Origin: Candidatus Methylomirabilis limnetica
GTDB taxonomy: Bacteria > Methylomirabilota > Methylomirabilia > Methylomirabilales > Methylomirabilaceae
Length of the DNA stretch: 32,000 nucleotides
Direction of reading: 5' to 3'
Assembly (NCBI RefSeq): GCF_003044035.1
Contig: NZ_NVQC01000022.1
Location: 180,001-212,000 of the forward strand
Below the pieces are notes generated by a model that saw only the letters and a list, made by a program, of their open reading frames with translations, was not told the DNA's origin and did not search any database. Positions 24,902-32,000 of this stretch are shown in pieces. The stretch's first letter is position 1. The number at the start of each line of letters is the position of its first letter. Position numbers and translations under genes: made by a program.

Positions 24902-25339
24902 CTACCGTCCCTTCGCCACAGGAGGAATCGGTTCGGTCACCATCCCCAACCGTTCAATGCCGGCCTTCTTCACCGCATCCATGACCTTCACGACAACACC
25001 GTAAGCCACTCCTTCATCCGCCCGAAGGAACACGGCAGCTTTTGCATTGCGTTGTCGAAGCCCGACAAGGATTCCCTCCAGACGGGCAAGAGTGATGGGC
25101 TGATCATCCAGGTAGACGGCCTTCTCCTTGGTAACCGTCAGCATCAGCCGTTCCTCAGGCCCGACATTCTTGGTCTCGGTCTTCGGCACCTTGACATCGA
25201 TCCCCCTGAGCATCATCGGCGCCGTAACGAGGAAGATGACGAGGAGGACCAAGACCACATCGACAAACGGCGTGACGTTGATCTCAGAGAGTGCACTGCC
25301 CCCTGGTCGCTCACCCGAACCGGTACCCGATGAAACCAT
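24902..25339 (-). CDS. tolR: Biopolymer transport protein TolR/ExbD
   Basis: It has EINVTPFVDVVLVLLVIFLV (the ExbD/TolR TM with the conserved Asp), is 145 aa long and follows tolQ. Confidence 0.9.
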   Translation of the reverse strand: MVSSGTGSGERPGGSALSEINVTPFVDVVLVLLVIFLVTAPMMLRGIDVKVPKTETKNVGPEERLMLTVTKEKAVYLDDQPITLARLEGILVGLRQRNAKAAVFLRADEGVAYGVVVKVMDAVKKAGIERLGMVTEPIPPVAKGR

Positions 25340-25344
25340 CGCCG

Positions 25345-26064
25345 TCAGCGGCTCCTTCCCAGAATCCGTTCAGCCAAGGTAAGAAATTCCAGACCGAATA
25401 TCTCCATCTCCGTTGCCTGTCTTCTAACTCGATTCAAGAAGTAGTTATAGGCGATCACCGCAGGGATGGCCGCCCCCAGTCCGGCCGCCGTAGTGATCAG
25501 GGCTTCTGCGACCCCAGGCGCCACAGCGCCTAAGTTCGCAGAACCCGCCTGACCAATGCTGGCAAAGGCATCCATAATTCCCCATACCGTCCCAAAGAGA
25601 CCGACGAACGGCGTCACGTTACCTGTCGTCGCCAGGAAGATCAGATAGCGCTCTTGTTGCGCAACCTCCTTCATACTCGCATGGCGGAGGGTCCGGCTGA
25701 TGAGCTCGAGTGGCTCCTTGTAAATGGGTATTTCGGCTACCATTGCCCTTAGCTCATTGGCGTCCGGCCCTTGATTGGCTGGACCTTGGCCACCTTTCAC
25801 CATCTGGCTGAGCTCTCGGTACCCCTCCTGAAATACGCTTACAATGGGGCTTTTCGCAAATCGCTTCGATTCTTCAAAAACGGCCGTGAGGTTCTTGGCT
25901 GATCGAAAGATGCGGAGGAACTGAGTCGATTCCCGTTGGCCTCGCCGGAACACTCCGAACTTCATGAAGATCAGCGTCCAGCTCATCAAGGAAAAACTCA
26001 ACAAGAGGAGCAGCACTGCCTTCGCAACGAGCCCTGATTGTACAACTAGGCTTACGGCATTCAT
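25345..26064 (-). CDS. tolQ: MotA/TolQ/ExbB proton-channel protein TolQ
   Basis: It shows a three-TM topology and the conserved C-terminal region LATTGNVTPFVGLFGTVWGIM...APGVAEALITTAAGLGAAIPAVIAYN. Confidence 0.9.
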   Translation of the reverse strand: MNAVSLVVQSGLVAKAVLLLLLSFSLMSWTLIFMKFGVFRRGQRESTQFLRIFRSAKNLTAVFEESKRFAKSPIVSVFQEGYRELSQMVKGGQGPANQGPDANELRAMVAEIPIYKEPLELISRTLRHASMKEVAQQERYLIFLATTGNVTPFVGLFGTVWGIMDAFASIGQAGSANLGAVAPGVAEALITTAAGLGAAIPAVIAYNYFLNRVRRQATEMEIFGLEFLTLAERILGRSR

Positions 26065-26161
26065 CTCATAGTCCTTAAGTTGTGCTTATACCATCACCAT
26101 CTATCATGGTCAAGATCATTCAACCGGCGCTTTCCGTACCCACCCGTTCCTCCCGAGACGC

Positions 26162-26497
26162 TTACCGGGTTTCCCGCTGAACCTCCTCCGGCAGGCTCGA
26201 GGTGTAGGAGTACGACTTGACGACCCCCCGTTCGGTGAATTTAACATGCAACTGTCTGGAGAGGGTTCGGCTCAAGCTTCCCGCCTTCACATAGACCCAC
26301 GTCCAGGTCTGATCCCCATCCTCGATTCCGACCTGGATCGGAGAACCAAAGAGCTGAAGCAGCTCGGCCCGCGTGGTCACCCCGTTCTTGATCATCGCGG
26401 CAGTAGGCGTCGGGAACTCCGCGCCCACCGAGACACACCCGGCGAGCAGCAGGATAAAGCACCCAAGGCTCAAGATGCGACGATACGAGTTACGCAT
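26162..26497 (-). CDS. Small lipoprotein, BamE/SmpA-OmlA-like
   Basis: It has lipobox LAGC and the pattern IKNGVTTRAELLQLFGSPIQV...WTWVY, which resembles the SmpA/OmlA fold signature. It is 111 aa long, and an SD (GAGGAG) precedes the ATG. Confidence 0.5.
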   Translation of the reverse strand: MRNSYRRILSLGCFILLLAGCVSVGAEFPTPTAAMIKNGVTTRAELLQLFGSPIQVGIEDGDQTWTWVYVKAGSLSRTLSRQLHVKFTERGVVKSYSYTSSLPEEVQRETR

Positions 26498-26524
26498 TTT
26501 TCTCTCCTCTTCGGCAGGGTTAAC

Positions 26525-26689
26525 GTAACTACAAGGTGTTTAGGCTGTAGGCTGAAGGCTGTTAGCCGTTGCGCATGGACCGAATCAAGGCGCTTCGTCG
26601 GCCAGTTCAAATGCTCTGAGCTTGGTATGGTCTCGCATGGCATGTTCCTACAGTCTAACAGCCTATAGTCTATCTAACTGAGTAGTTAC
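26525..26689. mobile_element. IVS-like / MITE-like palindromic element, copy B (more decayed)
   Basis: The left arm is GTAACTA C-AAGGT GTTTAGG CTGTAGG CTGAAGG CTGTTAG. The reverse complement of the right arm is GTAACTA CTCAGTT AGATAGA CTATAGG CTGTTAG CTGTAGG. It has the same termini, the same GTTTAGG mismatch bubble and the same internal homology blocks as copy A. Confidence 0.6.
26585..26638 (-). pseudogene. Severely truncated relic of the four-helix-bundle (23S rRNA IVS protein family) gene
   Basis: It translates to MRDHTKLRAFELADEAP*. A -1 shift then reads ALIRSMRNG*, which parallels the GLIRALRDN C-terminus of copy A. So the same N-terminal plus C-terminal fusion is present, but frameshifted. 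Confidence 0.5.
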
Positions 26690-26711
26690 CTGAGTAATAT
26701 GAGTTTCTGCG

Positions 26712-27422
26712 CTAGAAATGCTTGTAGCGGAAGGCGACCGCCACGGCCTCGAGTTTGGTGTGGAGGCCAAGCTTGATGAGGATCTTCTGTGTATGGTTGC
26801 GAGCGGTGGTGGTGCTGATGCGAAGCTGTTTTGCAATCCCCTTGGCACTCTCGCCACGGGCGATGAACCGGAGGACCTCCTGCTCTCGGAGCGTTAACAC
26901 CTTCAAGGGGGAGGCGCTCTCCATGGGGCTCATCCTGCCGCCATCCGTGAGGTCTCCTTCACCCCCCAGCAGTGATTGCACCTTGCCGAGGAGGATCTCG
27001 GTCTCCACTTGCCGGGTCACGTCGTGAAAGATGTGCACCATGGTGAAGAGGCTCGGCGCATCGGCAGGGACAACGATGGTGCTGACGTGGAGCCAGAGGG
27101 GGCGCCCAGCCTTGGTGTGGATCATAATCTCACGTCCCTCGACCGGCTCCTCTTTCCTGGCCGAGGTGATCGGGGAGCAGTCGGCTCCGCACAGTCGGCA
27201 GCCTGTTCGGTTTCTTCCAGCCCAGACCTCAGCACAGGGTCGCCCCATAACCTCAGTGGCCGCGTACCCCACGAGGCGCTCAGCCGCCCCGTTCCACAGA
27301 GTGATCATGTGGTCCTGATCTACGCCGAGAGCCCCATCTGCCGTCTTTGAAAAGATCTCTGCGAGCGAACTCGTCATCAGGTGCGTCGTATCCATTGTAT
27401 GTGCCATGCAGCGCGTGAGCAT
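26712..27422 (-). CDS. One-component regulator: PAS sensor domain fused to a LuxR/GerE-type HTH
   Basis: It has the C-terminal LTLREQEVLRFIARGESAKGIAKQLRISTTTARNHTQKILIKLG (LuxR_C HTH). The N-terminal PAS-like region reads ...ITLWNGAAERLVGYAATEVMGRPC...IMIHTKAGRPLWLHVS.... Confidence 0.85.
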   Translation of the reverse strand: MLTRCMAHTMDTTHLMTSSLAEIFSKTADGALGVDQDHMITLWNGAAERLVGYAATEVMGRPCAEVWAGRNRTGCRLCGADCSPITSARKEEPVEGREIMIHTKAGRPLWLHVSTIVVPADAPSLFTMVHIFHDVTRQVETEILLGKVQSLLGGEGDLTDGGRMSPMESASPLKVLTLREQEVLRFIARGESAKGIAKQLRISTTTARNHTQKILIKLGLHTKLEAVAVAFRYKHF

Positions 27423-27626
27423 TGAACTAGAGAGCGTACTCGCTAAAAGTGCCGAAGCCTGCCGTAAAAATCAAGAGAAACAGCAGATCCGTATTAAGGT
27501 GACATAACGAGGATCACGAGGAGGCGCCAACCCTCCATTTAGCCCCCAAACTGGCGGCCATCTTATGCCGTTGGAATACCACAACTTTTTCTCAAATCCA
27601 CTGACCATAACACCGTGTGATGTGGA

Positions 27627-27983
27627 TCATTCTTTGAGTGATGTCGGCCCCTGTTGTTCCTCTCGATCACCCGCCCCTGGCTTCTTACGCATCTGGTCAG
27701 ACCGGAGGTCAGAGATATCCATCGCCGAATTTTCTGCTGCTTCTTCTTTAGAGGGACCAAGTGGTGTCAACCTCTCGAAATCCAATAAGACGCGGCCCAC
27801 TTCCCGTTCGTTTGAACTCTCAACGGCTTGTTTAACCCCACGCTTCGTGACCCGCCCGAGGAGCAGACCGAGCAGAAACGCGACGAGGATGATCCCAACA
27901 AACTGGAGCGCCGACACAGAAACAGACAGCGTAAGCACGAAGTCAGCGAAGGCGGAGAACAGGTCGAGCGCAGTCGCCATCAT
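27627..27983 (-). CDS. Hypothetical small membrane protein with a charged C-terminal tail
   Basis: It has an N-terminal hydrophobic stretch (FVLTLSVSVSALQFVGIILVAFLLGLLLG) and protein-like composition. The overlapping + strand ORF (27565-28137) is Ser/Arg/Pro-rich shadow-frame material. No family is recognised. Confidence 0.45.
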   Translation of the reverse strand: MMATALDLFSAFADFVLTLSVSVSALQFVGIILVAFLLGLLLGRVTKRGVKQAVESSNEREVGRVLLDFERLTPLGPSKEEAAENSAMDISDLRSDQMRKKPGAGDREEQQGPTSLKE

Positions 27984-28220
27984 CGCCTATAGACTCTTTC
28001 TTCGCTCTCCCATCGCCCGGTGCGAAGCTTCATCTGACGCCAATCGTGGCCTTGTCCCAGTCCAAGCACAGGTAGGGTCTTCACACGACCTGTGGGTGGT
28101 AGGAGGTTGCATTCGGCTTAAAAACGGGCGGGGGTAGTGTGAGCTGGCAGGAAAGAGAAGCGGTAAGAAAGCACCATTACAGGGCACGCCTCTCGTCATC
28201 AGCAGTTATCTCTTCAGTCG

Positions 28221-28580
28221 CTACCTGCTCTTGATCACCAGCGCAGACTGTACTTCCCTGACGCCAGACACTTCTCGGGACAGTGCGATCGCCCGATCAA
28301 CTTGGGCCTGAGAGTTGACAAACCCAGCCAGGATCACCCGGCCGCGGAAGGTCTCCACCGAAACTGCGAAGCCACTGATTGTAGGGTCGCCAAGCAGTTT
28401 AGACTTGATCTTGGCGGTGATAGCCGTGTCATCAAGGTACTCCCCGGTGCTCTCGCGAGTAGCCGTGGGAGCGCAAGCCGAAAGCAAGGGGAAAGCGGTG
28501 ATAAGAATAGCGATGAACACAATGCCGGTTCGGCTCGGCAGATGCATAAGTCCCCCTCCAGTTATTCGTTCCGCTACCAA
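28221..28580 (-). CDS. BON-domain lipoprotein (OsmY-like)
   Basis: It has lipobox LSAC and a single BON domain (DDTAITAKIKSKLLGDPTISGFAVSVETFRGRVILAGFVNSQAQVDRAIALSREVSGVREVQSAL). Confidence 0.8.
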   Translation of the reverse strand: MVAERITGGGLMHLPSRTGIVFIAILITAFPLLSACAPTATRESTGEYLDDTAITAKIKSKLLGDPTISGFAVSVETFRGRVILAGFVNSQAQVDRAIALSREVSGVREVQSALVIKSR

Positions 28581-28658
28581 AGACGCCTACGGAGCTTAGC
28601 GCCACGGGGTCACTATACCAGAAATGCCTGGGGAGAAGAAGCGCTTTGTGTTATCATC

Positions 28659-28667
28659 CAGCCTACT
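28659..28667 (+). promoter_or_regulatory. Possible extended -10 element (TGtTATCAT) for pdxA
   Basis: TGTTATCAT ends 13 nt upstream of the ATG at 28681 (3 nt upstream of the AGGAGG SD). No convincing -35 is present. This is a motif match only. Confidence 0.25.
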
Positions 28668-28680
28668 TTCAGGAGGAATC

Positions 28681-29715
28681 ATGCCCCGACATACGATCTT
28701 TCGTCCATTTTTGGGATTGACCATCGGCGACCCGGCAGGGATCGGTCCGGAAATCGTGGCCAAGGCCGTAACACAAGAGGAGGTGCGGGCGGCCTGTCGT
28801 CTGCTGATCATCGGCGAGGCTGAAATCATGCGGCGGGCCATAAAGCTTTGCCACCTCGACCTCCTCGTTCGGTCCATCGCCTCCCCGGCTGAGGTCACAG
28901 CGGACCCGGGCTATCTCGAGGTGCTGGACCTGAAGAATGTTGATACCGCGAACTGCCCACCAGGCGTCCTTGCTCCGCACTGCGGCAGAGCCGCGGTGGA
29001 GTACCTCAATAGGGCGATCGACCTCGCGATAGCGCGTGAACTGGATGGAGTCGTGACCGGCCCCCTTAACAAGGAGGCAATGGCCCTGGCAGGGTTTAAG
29101 TACGATGGCCAAACGGAGCTGCTCGCCGAGCGGACCAGCACTAAGGATTACGCGATGCTATTGGTCGTCGGGCGGATGCGGGTTCTCCATGTCTCGACCC
29201 ATAACTCGTTACGAACCGTCTGCGACAAGGTGAAACGGGCGCGGATACTGACCGTCATTCGCCTGGCTCATCAGGTTCTCTGCGATCTCGGATCACGGCA
29301 GAAGCGCATCGGCGTCGCTGGTCTCAACCCTCATGCCGGCGAGAGCGGCCGGTTCGGCCGGGAGGAGATAGAAGAGATCATGCCGGCGGTCGAGGCCGCT
29401 AAGACTGAGGGAATAAAGGCGAGTGGCCCCTTCCCACCTGATACCTTATTCCATCGGCTCAAGCTTGGCGAATTCGATGCCGTCGTCGCCATGTACCATG
29501 ATCAGGGCCATATCCCGCTCAAGATGATCGGGTTTCACCGGGGGGTCAATGTCACCGCGGGTCTCCCCATTATCCGCACCTCAGTAGATCATGGCACCGC
29601 CTTCGACATCGCGGGGACAGGAACCGCCAACCCTCGCAGCCTGGTAGAGGCAATCCTGCTGGCCACGAAGTTCGCCCATCGCCGGCGCAAGGCAGCCCGC
29701 CCCCTCGACGTGTAG
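28681..29715 (+). CDS. pdxA: 4-hydroxythreonine-4-phosphate dehydrogenase
   Basis: It has LTIGDPAGIGPEI, GLNPHAGE and MYHDQGHIPLK motifs. The ATG at 28681 is preceded by AGGAGG, so the 28624 start is unlikely. Confidence 0.95.
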   Translation: MPRHTIFRPFLGLTIGDPAGIGPEIVAKAVTQEEVRAACRLLIIGEAEIMRRAIKLCHLDLLVRSIASPAEVTADPGYLEVLDLKNVDTANCPPGVLAPHCGRAAVEYLNRAIDLAIARELDGVVTGPLNKEAMALAGFKYDGQTELLAERTSTKDYAMLLVVGRMRVLHVSTHNSLRTVCDKVKRARILTVIRLAHQVLCDLGSRQKRIGVAGLNPHAGESGRFGREEIEEIMPAVEAAKTEGIKASGPFPPDTLFHRLKLGEFDAVVAMYHDQGHIPLKMIGFHRGVNVTAGLPIIRTSVDHGTAFDIAGTGTANPRSLVEAILLATKFAHRRRKAARPLDV

Positions 29716-29768
29716 TCCTGAGCATCCGCCCCTGCCTATATTATCCTCAGACGATATCGATTCGCCAG

Positions 29769-30383
29769 TTATCGCACGCCAGGGTGCATCTGAGGCATGC
29801 CTGGGCCCATCATCCTCATTCCCATGCCCATGCCACCCATCATCGATTCGTGGCCCAATCGATCGAGTCTCTCTGTTTGCTCCGGTGTCAGTACCGCCTT
29901 CCCGGCCTCGATCGTCTTGACACGACCTACACGAAGCTCAGCCTGTAGCATCGCGCTCTTCTTCGCCAGCGTCTCTACCTTGGCCACGTCCACCTTGTCC
30001 TGCTCCAGCAGGCCGTTCAACTCCAGCTCCGTCACATCAATATCCGCAGTCCGCTTGATCGACTCCTTCTCAAAGTTGACTCGAAGCTCCCTGAGGGTAC
30101 GCTCCTGATCTGTGCTGAGTCCTAACTGCTCTTGCCACATCAGCATCTGGCTGATGAGCGGTCCTTCATGGCCCCCCCGCCCATAGAACGAGGGGCCTAT
30201 CCCCTTGCCCCGCATCATCTCATGTCTCCCGCGCATCATTTCGGGAGTCATCCGGTGCCCCGTCATCCCCGGTCCACCCGCACCTTCTTCAGCCGAGGCA
30301 GCCTGGTTCCACGTTGGCGGAACCACCAGTCCCAACACACCCACTAGAACCAACGCGGCTGTCACGATTGTTCGCATAGTCAC
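29769..30383 (-). CDS. Periplasmic Spy/CpxP/ZraP-like (LTxxQ-type) protein with Met/His-rich termini
   Basis: It has a signal peptide and a helical core with LSTDQERTLRELR and LTPEQTERLDRL (LTxxQ-like motifs). It is flanked by HRMTPEMMRGRHEMMRG and HESMMGGMGMGMRMMGPGMPQMHPG. Confidence 0.7.
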   Translation of the reverse strand: MTMRTIVTAALVLVGVLGLVVPPTWNQAASAEEGAGGPGMTGHRMTPEMMRGRHEMMRGKGIGPSFYGRGGHEGPLISQMLMWQEQLGLSTDQERTLRELRVNFEKESIKRTADIDVTELELNGLLEQDKVDVAKVETLAKKSAMLQAELRVGRVKTIEAGKAVLTPEQTERLDRLGHESMMGGMGMGMRMMGPGMPQMHPGVR

Positions 30384-30492
30384 TTCCTCCTTCTCAAATG
30401 GTTTCTACGGTTTCACGGATCCATATCCGCTGCGATAACCCAAAGCCCGATTGCCACATCTTTTCCTTCGACACCCGGCGGCGGGACAAGGT

Positions 30493-31506
30493 TTAGTGCG
30501 AGCGGACCGGGCCACCGAAAGCCTCAGCGGCCTCATGATATAGGGCCTCCGGGCACTCCTGATATCGTTGGGAAAAATGAAAGACCACCAGCTCCTTCAC
30601 GTTGGCCTCGCGGGCAAGGAGTCCGGCCTGCCGCGCCGTCAAGTGGTGCCGCTCGGTCGCGCAATCCCGGTCCCGCTCCAGATACATCGCTTCGCAAAAC
30701 AGGATATCCGCATCATGCGCCAGGGCTACGATCTTCTGCCGATTCTCATCGGAATATAGCGTATCAGTGACATAAGCCAGCCTCTGACCGCTCGTGATGG
30801 TCACGATCTTGCCTCTAAGATCACCGAGCAGCAGCTCCTGAAATGTCTCGCCGGTTTCATCCCCGCATGGAACTCGGACTATCGTATCATCCGGCGCGCC
30901 CATGCGGACCAGCCGCTTGAATTCGGTCAGCCAGGGCCCGGTCGAAAGACCGAGGCACTTCAGCCGTTCGGGGTCGATATTGATCCGCTGCGCTTCAGCC
31001 AGGGCAAAGGCAAGACACGGGATCTTGTGATCGAGATGTACCGCCTCGACCCGGAACAACGGATCGTCGACCAGCACGCCGGTAAACGGTGAAGGCGGCG
31101 GCAGATCGATCCGCTCGAAGCGAGCGCCACATGGGAAGCGTGCTGCGGTAATCTTGTCAGGGCTTACCTCGTGGACGTCGAATATGAGGGAGTACCCTTC
31201 AACCAGGTTCCAGATGTAGCCGGAGAGCTTCCCTTCGACGTTCGAGATGAGGCCTGGCGGTCCGAAGAGGCGAATCGTGTGACCACGACCGAGGACGATC
31301 CGCAGAAGATGATCGAAGCCAATAAAGTGATCGATGTGGGTGTGAGAAACAAAGATATCGGTAACCTTCAGCAGATCGGCAGGCGGCTGCGCCGTCAGAT
31401 CACCGAGATCCAACAGAAGGGCGCGTCGTTCCCACCTGAGCCTCACAAAGAGGCCGGGATCCTCGAATACCCCATTGAGGAGCCTTGATTGAAATAGATT
31501 GATCAT
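30493..31506 (-). CDS. MBL-fold metallo-hydrolase (RNase Z/BN-like subfamily)
   Basis: It has the HxHxDH motif (VSHTHIDHFIGF) and later His/Asp ligand positions (VHLDH, YVTDT, VVFHFS). It is 337 aa long. The substrate cannot be inferred. Confidence 0.8.
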   Translation of the reverse strand: MINLFQSRLLNGVFEDPGLFVRLRWERRALLLDLGDLTAQPPADLLKVTDIFVSHTHIDHFIGFDHLLRIVLGRGHTIRLFGPPGLISNVEGKLSGYIWNLVEGYSLIFDVHEVSPDKITAARFPCGARFERIDLPPPSPFTGVLVDDPLFRVEAVHLDHKIPCLAFALAEAQRINIDPERLKCLGLSTGPWLTEFKRLVRMGAPDDTIVRVPCGDETGETFQELLLGDLRGKIVTITSGQRLAYVTDTLYSDENRQKIVALAHDADILFCEAMYLERDRDCATERHHLTARQAGLLAREANVKELVVFHFSQRYQECPEALYHEAAEAFGGPVRSH

Positions 31507-31559
31507 TCCTGCAACACCGTGTCACAGAACTCGACATTCGGCGTGAGATGTTACAATCG

Positions 31560-32000
31560 TTAGCCGGCCAAATGGAAGCAGACCAGTTTCAGCTCGGTCA
31601 TCTCCTCCACGGCGTAGCGCGGACCTTCCTTGCCGAAGCCGCTTTCTTTCAGTCCCCCGTAGGGCATCAAGTCAGCACGCCATTGCGGGCCCCAGTTGAT
31701 CATCAGGTTACCCGCCTCGACCTCGCGCGCAAACCGCATCGCCCATTCCAAATTCTTAGTGAAGATGCCGGCCGCCAAGCCGTAGATCGTGTCGTTGGCC
31801 AGCGCAATCGCCTCGTCGATGGAGTCGAATCGCGTAACCGCGACCACCGGCCCGAACAGCTCATCACGGAAGATCCGCATGTCGGGGGAGACATCGGCAA
31901 CGACTGTGGGCGCGTATATAGCCCCCTGACGCACTCCACCCGTCACAACCTGCGCACCGCCTGCCACCGCCTCATTTACCCACTCCTCAACCCGGATGGC
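31560..32000 (-). CDS. Aldehyde dehydrogenase family protein, C-terminal about 146 codons (CDS runs off the window end)
   Basis: The frame stays open to position 32000 (AIRVEEWVNEAVAGGAQVVTGG...). It has the C-terminal ALDH motifs EELFGPVVAV and GGLKESGFGKEG. Confidence 0.9.
   Translation of the reverse strand, partial: AIRVEEWVNEAVAGGAQVVTGGVRQGAIYAPTVVADVSPDMRIFRDELFGPVVAVTRFDSIDEAIALANDTIYGLAAGIFTKNLEWAMRFAREVEAGNLMINWGPQWRADLMPYGGLKESGFGKEGPRYAVEEMTELKLVCFHLAG

Noticed and set aside
27987-28199. 70-aa minus-strand ORF in the spacer between the BON gene and the small membrane-protein gene
   Set aside because: It has a Pro/Arg/Cys-rich, non-protein-like composition, no SD and no recognisable motif. 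The spacer more likely contains promoter or terminator sequence, such as the 7-bp hairpin CACAGGT...ACCTGTG.

Overview
This 32-kb window (roughly 58-60% GC by eye) comes from a diderm bacterium, since it encodes Tol-Pal, LolB-like, BamE-like and BON lipoproteins. It is almost entirely conserved housekeeping genes and is very compact.

Positions 1-18641 form one uninterrupted minus-strand supercluster. In transcription order it runs engB, TPR protein, lolB-like, ispE, tRNA-Gln, prs, ctc(L25), pth, rpsF, ssb, rpsR, DUF2232-like membrane protein, rplI, dnaB, radA, carD/cdnL, PIN-TRAM (yacL-like), ispD, ispF, cysS, rlmB, tRNA-Thr/Tyr/Gly/Thr and tuf.

After that come leuB (+), a DUF2127-like membrane protein, and a complete minus-strand Tol-Pal operon (tolQ-tolR-tolA-like-tolB-pal-cpoB). 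These are followed by a small envelope and regulatory patch (BamE-like lipoprotein, PAS-LuxR regulator, small membrane protein, BON lipoprotein). The window ends with pdxA (+), a Met/His-rich Spy/CpxP-like periplasmic protein, an MBL-fold hydrolase and the 3' end of an aldehyde dehydrogenase gene.

I see no CRISPR array, prophage, transposase, or recognisable defence or biosynthetic island.

The one thing ordinary annotation does not explain is a set of four intergenic palindromes whose arms are tandem 7-nt units. Two of them (6258-6480 and 26525-26689) are paralogous. Each encloses an internally deleted relic of a four-helix-bundle '23S rRNA intervening-sequence protein' gene. The other two are 4599-4682, a TTTAGGG-like tract that fills the whole yacL-ispD spacer, and 7943-8012. 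Three of the four sit in consecutive operon spacers of the supercluster, and two abut or cover the start codon of the downstream gene. I interpret these as IVS-like or MITE-like RNA hairpin elements that may punctuate polycistronic mRNAs. That is inference only.

Secondary curiosities are a four-Cys motif inside the PAS domain of the LuxR regulator, an unusually long CpoB, and the Met/His-rich Spy-like protein. Novelty cannot be established without database searches.
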